Source: Candidatus Helarchaeota archaeon
GTDB taxonomy: Archaea > Asgardarchaeota > Lokiarchaeia > Helarchaeales > RDOG01
Direction of reading: 5' to 3'
Length of the DNA stretch: 64,000 bases
NCBI GenBank assembly: GCA_019058315.1
Contig: JAHPZH010000008.1
Coordinates: 64,001 to 128,000, forward strand
The position numbers were made by a program, and so were the translations under genes. This document shows positions 39,706 to 50,309 of this stretch, one piece after another (positions within the stretch are counted from its first letter, which is position 1; every line of letters begins with the position of its first letter). The notes under the pieces were generated by a model. The model was not told where the DNA came from. It was given only the letters and a program-made list of their open reading frames with translations, and made no database searches.

Positions 39706-42700
39706 TTATTGAATTAATTTACAAATTTCTGCATATTCATAATTTTTAGGCATTAACCCAAGGATTTTAAGTATTTTTCCTATAAATTGATTCCTATCTT
39801 TGGCCCTTTGCCAAAAAGGGCGTGGATCCAATCCAGGAAATAGTGGAACTAATTGACTCTTATGTGCTTGAATTGAATCAATTTTTATTCTCATTCCTTT
39901 TTCATCAAAGGGAATAATTTTATTCGCTTCATGAATAGCGTATTCTTCCCATGCAGATTTATAATACCAAAGGTCAGCTTTGGTCGCTTTGGATTTTTTA
40001 AGTGCTATTTTAAAAATTTCAGTAGCCTTCCCATGAGTTCCATGGGGATCAGCGACCTCACCGGGAACAAGAACTATATCTGGTATTTCATTATCAAGGA
40101 TCTTGATTAATGGATTTATATCTGCCTCGGTAATAGTTGATTTTATTATGGTTCCAGTTTCATAAAAAGGTGAGTTTAGAAAAATTAAATTTTCAGAGGA
40201 GATTCCTAGAATTTCTTCTGCAGCGATAGCTTCGGCCTTTCTAACTAAAGTTTTAAGCTGTAATAATTCTTTATAATCAATAGTTTTTTGTAAAATCTTA
40301 TTTTTTATAATATTCGGTAATTTTTTTTGCTCAATATATTCAATAACGTCAGAATTTCGAACTGCAATATTTCCACTGACTACATAAATTATCTTTACGA
40401 TATTTCCATTTTCATTCAAAGCTCTAATGGTATTTCCAATACAAATTGCATCATCATCGGGATGAGGGGAAATAACTAGAATTTTCTTATTGCTAGGCAA
40501 TTTTTCTTTATAGAGTATTTTTTGTTCAGTTCTCTCTATAACTTCTTTTATTAAATCAGATTTATCACCATAAAATTTGATTAGGTTCGAAAGAAAATTA
40601 TTTTTAAAATCTTCAATATCTAGTTGTGATAAGGGTTTATTTAATTTGACAGATAGCCAAATGAGAGCATTATCGATGTGATTTTCGCCTAATTTAGCCT
40701 TTTGACGTTCCATAGACCAGTTTACATTAAAAAATAGCCAAGGAGACATATTACGGCTCAAACGAGAAGCAGCTCCATGTTCTAGAATAAAAACTGTATT
40801 TGGATGAGTTTGGAGTATAGAAGCAGGAACATAAGGATTTACCCTTCCTTCAACTGCTTCTTTAATAATAGGAGCTTTATGTTCTCCTGAGGCAATTAAT
40901 ATAATCTTTTTAGCGTCTAAAATTGTTCCAATTCCCATAGTAAGTGCGTAATGAGGTACTTCTTCAATATATTTGAAAAATTTTGCATTATCAATTCGAG
41001 ATTTTTCTGTTAATTTAATTTTTCGAGATCTGGAATTAAAATCTGAGCCTGCTTCATTAAATCCAATATGCCCACCTATTAAATTCCTATCAGCATCAAA
41101 AAATCCCCCACCAATTCCTAATATTTGAATATCAATACCCCCAGCTTTTTGGATAAGCCTTTCAAATCTGTCACAAAAATTTTCTATATCCTCTTCCTTA
41201 AGCTCTCCATCTGGTATGTGTATATTTTCAGGTTTTATATTTATGTGATCAAAGAGCCAATATTTCATAAATTTATGGTAGCTTTGAGGATGTGTGTTTT
41301 TCATAGGATAGTATTCATCCAAATTGAACGTAATTACTTGAGAAAAATCCAAATTTTCGTCTTTATGCATTCGAACTAGTTCTTTATACATACTAATCGG
41401 AGTACTACCAGTAGCTAGCCCTAAGACAGTATTTGGTTTTTTTCTAATCTGTTCTGCAACAATACTGGCTGCAACTTTTCCCATGACTTCGTCATTATCT
41501 TTAATAATAACCGCAACTTTTTCAGATACTTCTTCAATCCCTTCCATTCCAAGAATTGCGGCTCCTACTGCACCAGTATATCCCCTAATATCTTCACGAA
41601 TACCCCGAAAACAAGATTCATAAACTTCCACTGGAGAATGAATTGGAATATTTTTAGTTTTTAAATTCTTGCGTATTTCATCATAAAAAAAACTCCCGAC
41701 TTTTGCAACTTTACCCCCTATCATAATTTGAGAAATTCCAGCTAAATCACTGATTATTTTAATACCTTTAGCTAAACTTTCGGCAGCTCTATTAAAAATA
41801 TCTATTGCGAATTTATCCCCTTGATTGGCGGCATTAGCAACGATTCTAGTAGTTATTTTTGCAACATCATTATTTACAAGGTCAGTAATAATTGTTTTAT
41901 GTTTTAATATTTCTTCACGGGTTATTTCTGCGATTGCTGTCCCAGATGCATAAGCTTGTATACATCCTTTATTACCACAACCACAAAGTCTCGCATTTTC
42001 AGAATCATCAATTATAATATGCCCTAATTCTCCAGCAAAATAATTTTCTCCATGTAATATCTTATCATCAATTATAATACCTCCTCCCACACCAGTTCCT
42101 AGGGCAAGGGCAACAGAATTGCCTTCAATTTTTGATATTTCTTTTTCTCCTAAAGCCATTACATTTGCATCATTCTCAACGAAGGTGGGAATTCCAATTG
42201 CATTTTCTATTTCAGCTCGTAAATTTACATCTTTCCAATCTTCCATAATAATCATTTTTCTTACAAAAATAGGTCCAATTCCGCCAGGAATACCAACTCC
42301 AATGCTAATGACATTTCTTTCTTTTACTAGTTCTAGTAATTTTTTTATCAAGCTGATTACTTGTTGAATAACAACACGATAACCTTCTTGTTTCTTCGTA
42401 TCTGCTTCTAATCGCTCAATAATATTTCCATTTCCATCAATACAAACAGCTTTTATTGAATGACCACCAATATCTATCCCAATTCCTACTTGATCTCCAA
42501 ACGTCCCTAGATGCTTAATTTTAGATCTCAAAAAATTTTGCTCTTCTCCAGAAAATGGTAATTTTGGTAGTATTTGGATCCCACCACCTAATTTTTCAAA
42601 GGTAAATTTCATCTGTAGGATTAAATTTAGAGAATGAATTAGATAGGATTGTAATTCTTTATCTTCACAAACGAGTTCGATAACCTTTGGACCAAATGTA

Positions 42701-42840
42701 ACTACTATATTAAAAATCTTAATAGCAAATTTCATTAGATTTTTATCTATTTCTTTCTTTGAATCTTCATTAAACTCTGTAAATGCAAATTTACCGATCC
42801 CAAAAGTTTTACCACTAATTAATCGAATTTTTATGTCCAA
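39706..42840 (-). CDS. nagB: ROK sugar kinase + glucosamine-6-phosphate deaminase + PIG-L-family deacetylase fusion
   Basis: GIDIGG, ENDAN, GTGVGGG, ELGH...CGCGNKGC (ROK); GLATGSTP, FNLDEY, GHIGFNE, TMGIGTI (NagB); SPHPDDD and DPHGTH (PIG-L). Confidence 0.9.
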   Translation of the reverse strand: MDIKIRLISGKTFGIGKFAFTEFNEDSKKEIDKNLMKFAIKIFNIVVTFGPKVIELVCEDKELQSYLIHSLNLILQMKFTFEKLGGGIQILPKLPFSGEEQNFLRSKIKHLGTFGDQVGIGIDIGGHSIKAVCIDGNGNIIERLEADTKKQEGYRVVIQQVISLIKKLLELVKERNVISIGVGIPGGIGPIFVRKMIIMEDWKDVNLRAEIENAIGIPTFVENDANVMALGEKEISKIEGNSVALALGTGVGGGIIIDDKILHGENYFAGELGHIIIDDSENARLCGCGNKGCIQAYASGTAIAEITREEILKHKTIITDLVNNDVAKITTRIVANAANQGDKFAIDIFNRAAESLAKGIKIISDLAGISQIMIGGKVAKVGSFFYDEIRKNLKTKNIPIHSPVEVYESCFRGIREDIRGYTGAVGAAILGMEGIEEVSEKVAVIIKDNDEVMGKVAASIVAEQIRKKPNTVLGLATGSTPISMYKELVRMHKDENLDFSQVITFNLDEYYPMKNTHPQSYHKFMKYWLFDHINIKPENIHIPDGELKEEDIENFCDRFERLIQKAGGIDIQILGIGGGFFDADRNLIGGHIGFNEAGSDFNSRSRKIKLTEKSRIDNAKFFKYIEEVPHYALTMGIGTILDAKKIILIASGEHKAPIIKEAVEGRVNPYVPASILQTHPNTVFILEHGAASRLSRNMSPWLFFNVNWSMERQKAKLGENHIDNALIWLSVKLNKPLSQLDIEDFKNNFLSNLIKFYGDKSDLIKEVIERTEQKILYKEKLPSNKKILVISPHPDDDAICIGNTIRALNENGNIVKIIYVVSGNIAVRNSDVIEYIEQKKLPNIIKNKILQKTIDYKELLQLKTLVRKAEAIAAEEILGISSENLIFLNSPFYETGTIIKSTITEADINPLIKILDNEIPDIVLVPGEVADPHGTHGKATEIFKIALKKSKATKADLWYYKSAWEEYAIHEANKIIPFDEKGMRIKIDSIQAHKSQLVPLFPGLDPRPFWQRAKDRNQFIGKILKILGLMPKNYEYAEICKLIQ

Positions 42841-43046
42841 TTTAATATCTCCAAACCAAAAGTGTTATTATGAAATGTTTTTTATCCTCTTTTTCGCATT
42901 TCTTTTAAATTTTCTTCATTAACACTACTCATTTTAATCCAAAAAAAATTAAATTAATTTGAATAAATTATTTACTTTCATTAATAAATATGACTTTTTG
43001 GTCTTTGGATATTTTAAATAGTATTTTTAACTGGAGATATTAAAAT

Positions 43047-44183
43047 TTGATAACTTTAAAAGACGAACAAATCCCAAAATTAATGAATGCTGTTGTTCTA
43101 GAAAAACCATTTGTATTAGTTCATAAAAAAATACCGATCTGGCCCTTAGAAGAATTTAAAGATCCCGATTTACTCTTAATTAAAGTAAAGGCTTGTGGTG
43201 TCTGTGGTTCAGATTTTAGATACTATCAAGGAGAGAATCCATGGGCACAGCATACTATAGGACAAAAAATAGAAAATCCACCAAATATTGTACTAGGACA
43301 TGAATTTTCAGGAATTGTTATAGGAGTTTTAAACGATTCCAATAAGAAATGGTTGGGAAAAAGAGTAATTCCAATTTGTTCAAAAACTTGCGGAAAATGT
43401 GCAATGTGTACTACTGGTAGAGAGAATTTATGTGAAAATACTATTCATATGGGTCATGGACAAGGTTGGGATGAGCTCGAATATTATCCAGGAGCGTATG
43501 CAGACTATGTTATAGCATGGGGAAAGGGATGTTTTGAAATTCCAGAATCAGTTACCTTTGAGGAAGCCACCACAATGGATGTTCTTGCAGTTTGTTTACA
43601 TATGATTAATCAAGGGAACGTTGAAAAAGGCGAACCGGTTTTAATATTAGGTTGCGGTCCTGCTGGTAACGGAATTGCCCAAATCATTAAAATTATTGAT
43701 CCCAAAATAGAAATATTTATTGTTGAAAATTCAAAGAGAGCAGTTGAAGTTGCTAAACAATATAAATTTAATTATATTATTAATTCAAACACGAAGAACG
43801 AAGAAGAAATTATCCAATTTATATTAAATAAAACAAATGGTCATGGAGTTAATTCAATTTTTGATAGTATAGGAACCGAATCTAGTTTTAATTTGGGACT
43901 ATCCCTGTTAACCAAGGGCGGAACTTACGTAAACATGGCAGTTCATGATCAAAATATTACCATGAATCAAATGAAGCTTGCTAGTGAACGAAAAATTACA
44001 ACTTCAAGTAATTTTTTAATAGAGGAATATAAACAAACTTTGAAATGGCTTGGTGAGAAAAGAATTAATGTTAAAACTTGGTTGACCGAAATAAAACTTT
44101 CTGAAATCCCTAAAATCTTTCGTAAAATAGTTGATGAAAATAATAGAGGGGAATATTTTAAGATTATAATTAAAAAAGATTAA
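43047..44183 (+). CDS. Zn-dependent sugar/alcohol dehydrogenase (MDR)
   Basis: CGVCGSD, LGHEFSG, CGKCAMC..C, GCGPAG. Confidence 0.9.
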   Translation: MITLKDEQIPKLMNAVVLEKPFVLVHKKIPIWPLEEFKDPDLLLIKVKACGVCGSDFRYYQGENPWAQHTIGQKIENPPNIVLGHEFSGIVIGVLNDSNKKWLGKRVIPICSKTCGKCAMCTTGRENLCENTIHMGHGQGWDELEYYPGAYADYVIAWGKGCFEIPESVTFEEATTMDVLAVCLHMINQGNVEKGEPVLILGCGPAGNGIAQIIKIIDPKIEIFIVENSKRAVEVAKQYKFNYIINSNTKNEEEIIQFILNKTNGHGVNSIFDSIGTESSFNLGLSLLTKGGTYVNMAVHDQNITMNQMKLASERKITTSSNFLIEEYKQTLKWLGEKRINVKTWLTEIKLSEIPKIFRKIVDENNRGEYFKIIIKKD

Positions 44184-44200
44184 GAAATTAACAATTTAAC

Positions 44201-45241
44201 TTATTCCATTTCGACAAGTATTTTCACTTCATTATTAGTTGGATCCGATAGAGTTTTGAAAGCTTTAGGGACCTCATCTAGTTTAATTCTTTTTGTAATT
44301 AAAGGTTTTATATTGATCTTTTTTTTCTCTAATAGATTAATACAAGTTCGAAAAGTTTCTTGATTATAAGCGAAAATACCTCTCATTGTTATATTTTTTA
44401 ATAAGAATTGCGTAAACCCTACCATTTCAAAAGGTTCTGCATGTATTCCTATAACAGTGATAAAACCCCCTTTTCTTATTAATTTCAAAGAATCAATATA
44501 AGTTTTTGGTACTCCAGCACAGTCAAAAATATGATCTGGACCGATTTTATTAGTTAATCCGCTTATTTTTGTCCAATCCTTTGGTATAAATACTTCTGAT
44601 GCTCCTACTTCAAGAGCTTTTTTCTGGTTAAATTCCAATGGTTCAATAACAAAGACATCACTAGCTCCAATAGCATTTAAAACTTGGATAGTTACTAGCC
44701 CAATTGTTCCCGCACCAAAGACAACTGCATTTTCTCCAACTTTAATTCCAGATTCTTGGACTGCATAAACTCCAATAGCTAATGGTTCTACAAGAGCTCC
44801 TTCTTCATAGGATACATTTGGAGGTAATAGATGTAACCTCTCAGCTTTGACTTTGATAAACTCTGCCATTGCTCCACTTGAAGTCATTCCAATCCCATCA
44901 CCCTTTTTACACAGATTCTCTTGATTTCTCATACACCAAAAACATTTAAAACAAGGTAGATTTGGGTTTGCAGTGACTCTATCTCCAATTTTCCACTTCT
45001 TAACATCTTCTCCTAATTCAATTATTTCACCAGAGAATTCATGACCTAAAATCAAACCAGTTGGAATAAGAATTCCTGTATGATAGGATTCAACGTCACT
45101 TCCACAAATACCACAGTTTTTAACTTTAATTAAAACCTCATCTTTCTTTATTTTTGGCTTTTTTATATCATCCTTTATTATAATTTCTCCTTTTTTTTGA
45201 AAAACTGCTCCTTTCAATTTAAATAAGCTTCCTTTTAACAA
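44201..45241 (-). CDS. Zn-dependent dehydrogenase (MDR, butanediol/sorbitol DH-like)
   Basis: CGICGSD, LGHEFSG, CFKCFWC..C, EPLA, GAGTIG. Confidence 0.9.
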   Translation of the reverse strand: MLKGSLFKLKGAVFQKKGEIIIKDDIKKPKIKKDEVLIKVKNCGICGSDVESYHTGILIPTGLILGHEFSGEIIELGEDVKKWKIGDRVTANPNLPCFKCFWCMRNQENLCKKGDGIGMTSSGAMAEFIKVKAERLHLLPPNVSYEEGALVEPLAIGVYAVQESGIKVGENAVVFGAGTIGLVTIQVLNAIGASDVFVIEPLEFNQKKALEVGASEVFIPKDWTKISGLTNKIGPDHIFDCAGVPKTYIDSLKLIRKGGFITVIGIHAEPFEMVGFTQFLLKNITMRGIFAYNQETFRTCINLLEKKKINIKPLITKRIKLDEVPKAFKTLSDPTNNEVKILVEME

Positions 45242-45337
45242 TAACTAATTACATAATAATTTTGAATTAAATATCAATTTCCATAAATAAAAAAATAAGA
45301 TTTTTTTAAATAATCCATTTTTTAATGAACTTTAGAT

Positions 45338-46549
45338 TTATTCAAAGACGAAGGCTGTTTTAATAGAATTATTTATACTTTTATTTGAAGCAACTTCTAA
45401 CGCATTTTTATACTCATCTATTGAGAATTTATGTGTTAAGATATTTTTTACGTTAGCTTGTCCCGATGTTATTAAATCTAACGCGACTTGAAAAGTTCGC
45501 TGTTTTTTTCCGTTTACAATAATATTGCTATAGCCCATAGATGGGATAAGATTAATTTCTTTGAAACACATAGGTGACCAATCAATTTTTATATAGGCTG
45601 GAGTTCCAGTTAAGATCAAAGTTCCTTTTGGTCTTAGTAATCTTAAACTGTTGGATAGAGAGGATTCATTCCCCACAGAATCGATAACAATATCAGCACC
45701 TCCATCTACTGGATAAACATCTTCCATTACAGGTGATAAAACTCTACATCCTAACTTTTTCCCAATTTTTTTAATATGACGGTCTTTTTTTACTAAAAAT
45801 ACCTCATCTACACCTAATTCTTTCGCCAATTCAGCTTGAAAAGGATATTTTGCTACGGCAATTAAATTACATTTACTGAATGCTTTTAAAGCCATTATAG
45901 TAGTTAAACCAATTGTTCCACACCCAACAACAACACAATTTTCATTATTTTTCGGTAGCTTTTTAAAAACACCTTGAATAGAAGTTGCGAATGGCTCAGT
46001 AATAACTGCTTCTTCAAAAGTGACGGATTCAGGTATTTTAATAACTTGAGATTTATGTGCTATTATATATTCACCCCAACCTCCTCTTATATCTTCACAA
46101 ATACCTTGCCATGCTCCTGGTGATATAATACCTTGATCAAAGTTAGAACATAAATTATAGTTTCCTTCTTTACATGAATTACAAGGCTCAATCTCTCTTA
46201 TACTACATGGAAGTACTGGTTCTATTACAACTCGATCTCCAATAGATAAATCTTTTATATTATCTCCAACCTCCGAAATAGTCCCCACATTTTCATGACC
46301 AGGAGTTGCGGGGAATGAAGAATAAAAAGATGTACATGTTGAAAAATTTAATGATAAAAACTTTAGATTGCTTCCACAAATTCCTCCCAATTTCACCTTA
46401 ATTTTCATCCAGTTTTCATTAATTAGTTTTAATTCTGAAACTTCTTCTAGATCTAGTAAATCATAAATTTTAGGTTTAAAATTAGCATCCAAGGATTTTT
46501 TTTGCAAATATTGCATTAATTTTTCCATTTTAATTTCCAAAACTTTCAA
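45338..46549 (-). CDS. Zn-dependent dehydrogenase (MDR)
   Basis: GICGSN, PGHENVG, C..PCNSC...C, GCGTIG. Confidence 0.88.
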   Translation of the reverse strand: MKVLEIKMEKLMQYLQKKSLDANFKPKIYDLLDLEEVSELKLINENWMKIKVKLGGICGSNLKFLSLNFSTCTSFYSSFPATPGHENVGTISEVGDNIKDLSIGDRVVIEPVLPCSIREIEPCNSCKEGNYNLCSNFDQGIISPGAWQGICEDIRGGWGEYIIAHKSQVIKIPESVTFEEAVITEPFATSIQGVFKKLPKNNENCVVVGCGTIGLTTIMALKAFSKCNLIAVAKYPFQAELAKELGVDEVFLVKKDRHIKKIGKKLGCRVLSPVMEDVYPVDGGADIVIDSVGNESSLSNSLRLLRPKGTLILTGTPAYIKIDWSPMCFKEINLIPSMGYSNIIVNGKKQRTFQVALDLITSGQANVKNILTHKFSIDEYKNALEVASNKSINNSIKTAFVFE

Positions 46550-46676
46550 ATTATCACTTCCCTTCTTTATATCATTAAAATTTTAATGGATCTTGGAAAT
46601 ATATATATTTTAGGTTCTTTATTCCTTTTTTATAGAATTTCCTATTATAAGATTAATAAAGAAATAAGGTAGGTTT

Positions 46677-48404
46677 ATGTCAAAAGAAAAAAAAGAAACC
46701 ATGAATGGTGGAGATTTATTTATAAAATCACTTCTTACTGAGAATGTTCGTTATATATTTGGAATCCCTGGAGGACAGCTACTTTCAATATATGATGCAG
46801 TCTATCGTTTTGGTAGAGAAGAAGGTTTAGATTCGATTATGTTTCGGCATGAAGTAGGAGCAGCGCATGCTAGCGATGCTTGGGCTCGCATTACGGGAAC
46901 TCCGGGTGTATGTTTTGGTACAGTTGGTCCAGGGGCTATGAATTTAGTTACTGGAGTTGGAACTGCTTGGTCGGACAATATTCCATTGGTTGTTTTAGTA
47001 CCTCAAGTAAGTAAACCAGTTGAAGATAAATTCACGCTTCAAGGAGGATTGGACCAAATTACTATGTTTAAACCAGTAACGAAATATCAAAAACGTATAG
47101 ATGAAACTGAAAATATTCCTGATGCTGTTCAAAAGGCTTTCAGAGAAGCAATTTCTGGAAGACCTGGTCCAGTGTTATTAGAAATTCCTGCCAATGTTCT
47201 ATTTAAAAAAACAGATAAAAAATTTTCATTCCCTTCTCCTGAAGAGTATCGATTTACAGGTAGAGTAGCAGGTGATCCAAATTTAATTGAAAAAGCATGT
47301 GAGCTGCTTTTAAATGCTGAAAAACCTCTAATGATAGCCGGGGAAGGTGTTATTCAATCTGAGGCATGGCCAGAATTTCAGGAACTTTCTGAATATCTAG
47401 GTATTGCTGCTGGAGCCACAATCCAAGGGATGGGTGCGGTTTCTACTAAGTCTGAGACGGGACTAGGCGCATCACTCGGGACGATTATGCAAGCCTTAAC
47501 ACAAGTAGATGTTTGCTTAGCACTAGGTTGTAAGTTTTCTTTTCTTCTCGCATTTGGTGCTGAACCTATATGGAATAAAAATATTAAAGTGATTCATGTT
47601 GACATTGATCCGGGAATGATTGGAAGAAATAGACCTGTCGAAGTTGGTATTGTGGGTGATAGCAAGCTTGTTCTTCAGCAAATGTTGAAATATATTAAAG
47701 AAAAAGTAAAAAAAATCGAAACTGTAAATGATTGGGTAAAATCATTAAAAGCTTCTATAGATTCTCAAATCAAGAGTGCTATAAAAAAAGCTTCCAAGGA
47801 TAAAACACCTATGCGTCCCCTAAGAATGATTAAGGAAATATTCGAATTTATTGATGAAGATGCAATTATTATAATGGATGGAGGAGACATACTCGTAGAA
47901 GCTAGTACGTTTCTTGAAGCGTTTAACTCACGACCCCCTCGTTCAACTCTCATGGCATCAGGGATGGGAACTTTAGGGGTTTCAATTCCCTATGCAATTG
48001 GAGCCAGACTTGCTGTAAGACATTTAGGACAACCAAACAGACAAGTAATAACCATCTCTGGAGATGGATCATTTATGATTAATGTACAAGATTTAGAAAC
48101 CGCTAAACGATATAATCTTCCATTTATTAGTGTAATTGGCAATAATTCTGCTTGGGGAATGATCAAATCAGGTCAGAAATTGATGATGAGAAAACGTTTT
48201 ATTGATGTAGATTTTGGAGACACAAATTTTGCAGAAATAGCTAAAGGTTTTGGATGTTATGGAGAACGAATAACTGACCCAAATGAGATAAAGCCAGCTT
48301 TGCAAAGAGCTCTAGATTCGAAATTACCAGCAGTCTTAGATGTAATAATAGATTTTGAAACTCCCGAGGGAACAGTTCTCATGGCTTCAATGGGAATTCT
48401 TTAA
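46677..48404 (+). CDS. ThDP-dependent enzyme, acetolactate synthase / 2-hydroxyacyl-CoA lyase-like (copy 1)
   Basis: FGIPGG, RHE, GPGAMN, GDGSF...NNSAWG. Confidence 0.9.
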   Translation: MSKEKKETMNGGDLFIKSLLTENVRYIFGIPGGQLLSIYDAVYRFGREEGLDSIMFRHEVGAAHASDAWARITGTPGVCFGTVGPGAMNLVTGVGTAWSDNIPLVVLVPQVSKPVEDKFTLQGGLDQITMFKPVTKYQKRIDETENIPDAVQKAFREAISGRPGPVLLEIPANVLFKKTDKKFSFPSPEEYRFTGRVAGDPNLIEKACELLLNAEKPLMIAGEGVIQSEAWPEFQELSEYLGIAAGATIQGMGAVSTKSETGLGASLGTIMQALTQVDVCLALGCKFSFLLAFGAEPIWNKNIKVIHVDIDPGMIGRNRPVEVGIVGDSKLVLQQMLKYIKEKVKKIETVNDWVKSLKASIDSQIKSAIKKASKDKTPMRPLRMIKEIFEFIDEDAIIIMDGGDILVEASTFLEAFNSRPPRSTLMASGMGTLGVSIPYAIGARLAVRHLGQPNRQVITISGDGSFMINVQDLETAKRYNLPFISVIGNNSAWGMIKSGQKLMMRKRFIDVDFGDTNFAEIAKGFGCYGERITDPNEIKPALQRALDSKLPAVLDVIIDFETPEGTVLMASMGIL

Positions 48405-48548
48405 TATTTTTTAATTTTTTTTCTCGATTTCTTTTAAAAATTGCTTTTTTTGGTTAAAATACACTATTTTAGTATATTATCGATAAACAAGAATTATAAA
48501 TCAAATCTAAAATACATTATAACAATAATAAATAACCAAGGTGAATTT

Positions 48549-50279
48549 ATGTCTGAAGAAAAAAAGGAAACTATGAATGGTGGAGACTTATTAATAAAAT
48601 CCTTACTTGCTGAAAATGTTAGGTACATGTTTGGTGTTCCAGGGGGTCAACTCTTAACAACTTATGATGCGGTATATCGTTTTGGAAGAGAGGAAGGAAT
48701 CGATACATTAATGTTTCAGCACGAAGCAGGAGCAGCGCATGCATGTGATGCTTGGGCCAGAGTAACAGGTACTCCATCAGTATGTTTTGGGACAGTTGGT
48801 CCTGGTGCCTTAAATTTAATTGCCGGTGTTGGTTCTGCGTGGTCAGATAATATACCGATGGTTGTATTAGTTCCCCAGTGTGGTAAAGCGATTAAGGATA
48901 AATTTACGCTTCAAGGTGGATTAGATCAAATTACATTATATAAACCTGTCACAAAATATCAAAAACATGTTGAAGATGCTGAAGATATCCCAGATGCTGT
49001 TAAAAAAGCTTTTAGAGAAACAATTACCGGAAGACCAAGACCAGTATTACTAGAAATTCAAGAAGATGCTTTATTTGGAAAGACAGATAAAAAAATCACA
49101 TTTCCAAATCCAGAATTATATAGATTTATGGGGAGAGTTGCAGGAGATCCAAATTTGATAGAACGAGCTTGTGAATTATTACTTAAAGCTGAAAAACCAT
49201 TGATGATAGCTGGAGGTGGAGTTATACGATCAGAAGCATGGCATGAATTTCAGGAACTTTCGGAATATTTAGGTATTGCTGCAGGAACTACAATTCAAGG
49301 AATTGGATCGATTCCAATTACAAGCGAGACAGCACTTGGTTCAGCAGTAACTTCAATGATGCAAGCTATAACTCAAACAGATGTAGTATTAGCACTTGGA
49401 ATGAAATTTTCTTGGGCTATGGGATTTGGTGCGGAACCATTTTGGAATAAAAAAACCAAAGTAATTCATGTTGATATAGACCCAACTATTATTGGAAGAA
49501 ATCGTCCTGTAGAAATTGGAATTGTCGGAGATTGCAAACTTGTACTTCAACAAATGTTAAAAATAATTAAACAAAAAGCAAAAAAGGTAGAAACTACGAG
49601 TGATTGGGTTAAATCATTGAGAGCAGCTAGAGAATCTAATGTAAAAACCTTATTAAAAAAAGCTTCAAAGGAAAAAACTCCTATGCGTCCTCAAAGAATG
49701 CTAAAAGAAGTTTTTGAATTTATTGATGAAGATGCAATTCTTGCACTTGATGGGGGAGATTTACATGTGTTTACGATGGATTATATTGATCTGTTTAAAC
49801 CTAGACCTCCTCGTGCAACGATAACTGCAGCAGTAGGGATGGGTCAATTAGGTACAGGAATTCCTTATGCAATCGGAGCGAAACTAGCTGCCAACCACTT
49901 AGGACAACCAGATAGGCAAGTAGTAAATATAACGGGCGACGGAGCATTTATGATTAATGTGCAAGAACTAGCAACTGCGAAACGGTATAATTTACCAATT
50001 ATCTGCGTAGTAGGTAATAATTCAGCATGGGGTATGATAAAGTCTGGACAGAAGTTGCTTATGAAAAAACGCTTCATAGACGTGGACTTTGAAGATGTAA
50101 ATTATGCAGAAATTGCTAAAGGATTTGCATGTTATGGGGAACGTGTAACTGATCCAAAACAAATAAAGCCAGCTTTACAGCGTGCTATTGATTCAAAATT
50201 ACCGGCTGTGTTAGATATAGTAATTGCATTTGAAACACCTGAAGCTTTAACGCTAATGGCTCAGATGGGTGTTCTCTAA
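48549..50279 (+). CDS. ThDP-dependent enzyme, paralogue (copy 2)
   Basis: Same motifs (QHE, GDGAF...NNSAWG). Start is ATG 48549 after GGTGA, matching the MSKEKKETMNGG start of copy 1. Confidence 0.9.
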   Translation: MSEEKKETMNGGDLLIKSLLAENVRYMFGVPGGQLLTTYDAVYRFGREEGIDTLMFQHEAGAAHACDAWARVTGTPSVCFGTVGPGALNLIAGVGSAWSDNIPMVVLVPQCGKAIKDKFTLQGGLDQITLYKPVTKYQKHVEDAEDIPDAVKKAFRETITGRPRPVLLEIQEDALFGKTDKKITFPNPELYRFMGRVAGDPNLIERACELLLKAEKPLMIAGGGVIRSEAWHEFQELSEYLGIAAGTTIQGIGSIPITSETALGSAVTSMMQAITQTDVVLALGMKFSWAMGFGAEPFWNKKTKVIHVDIDPTIIGRNRPVEIGIVGDCKLVLQQMLKIIKQKAKKVETTSDWVKSLRAARESNVKTLLKKASKEKTPMRPQRMLKEVFEFIDEDAILALDGGDLHVFTMDYIDLFKPRPPRATITAAVGMGQLGTGIPYAIGAKLAANHLGQPDRQVVNITGDGAFMINVQELATAKRYNLPIICVVGNNSAWGMIKSGQKLLMKKRFIDVDFEDVNYAEIAKGFACYGERVTDPKQIKPALQRAIDSKLPAVLDIVIAFETPEALTLMAQMGVL

Positions 50280-50309
50280 TATTTTTTAAATTTTTTTTAA
50301 CAAGGTAAC

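Noticed and set aside
42882-42932. 16-codon minus-strand uORF (MSSVNEENLKEMRKRG) before the ROK-NagB gene
   Set aside because: Too short, with no attenuator structure; expected by chance.
48441-48548. N-terminal extension of the second ThDP enzyme
   Set aside because: Paralogue alignment and the SD put the start at 48549.
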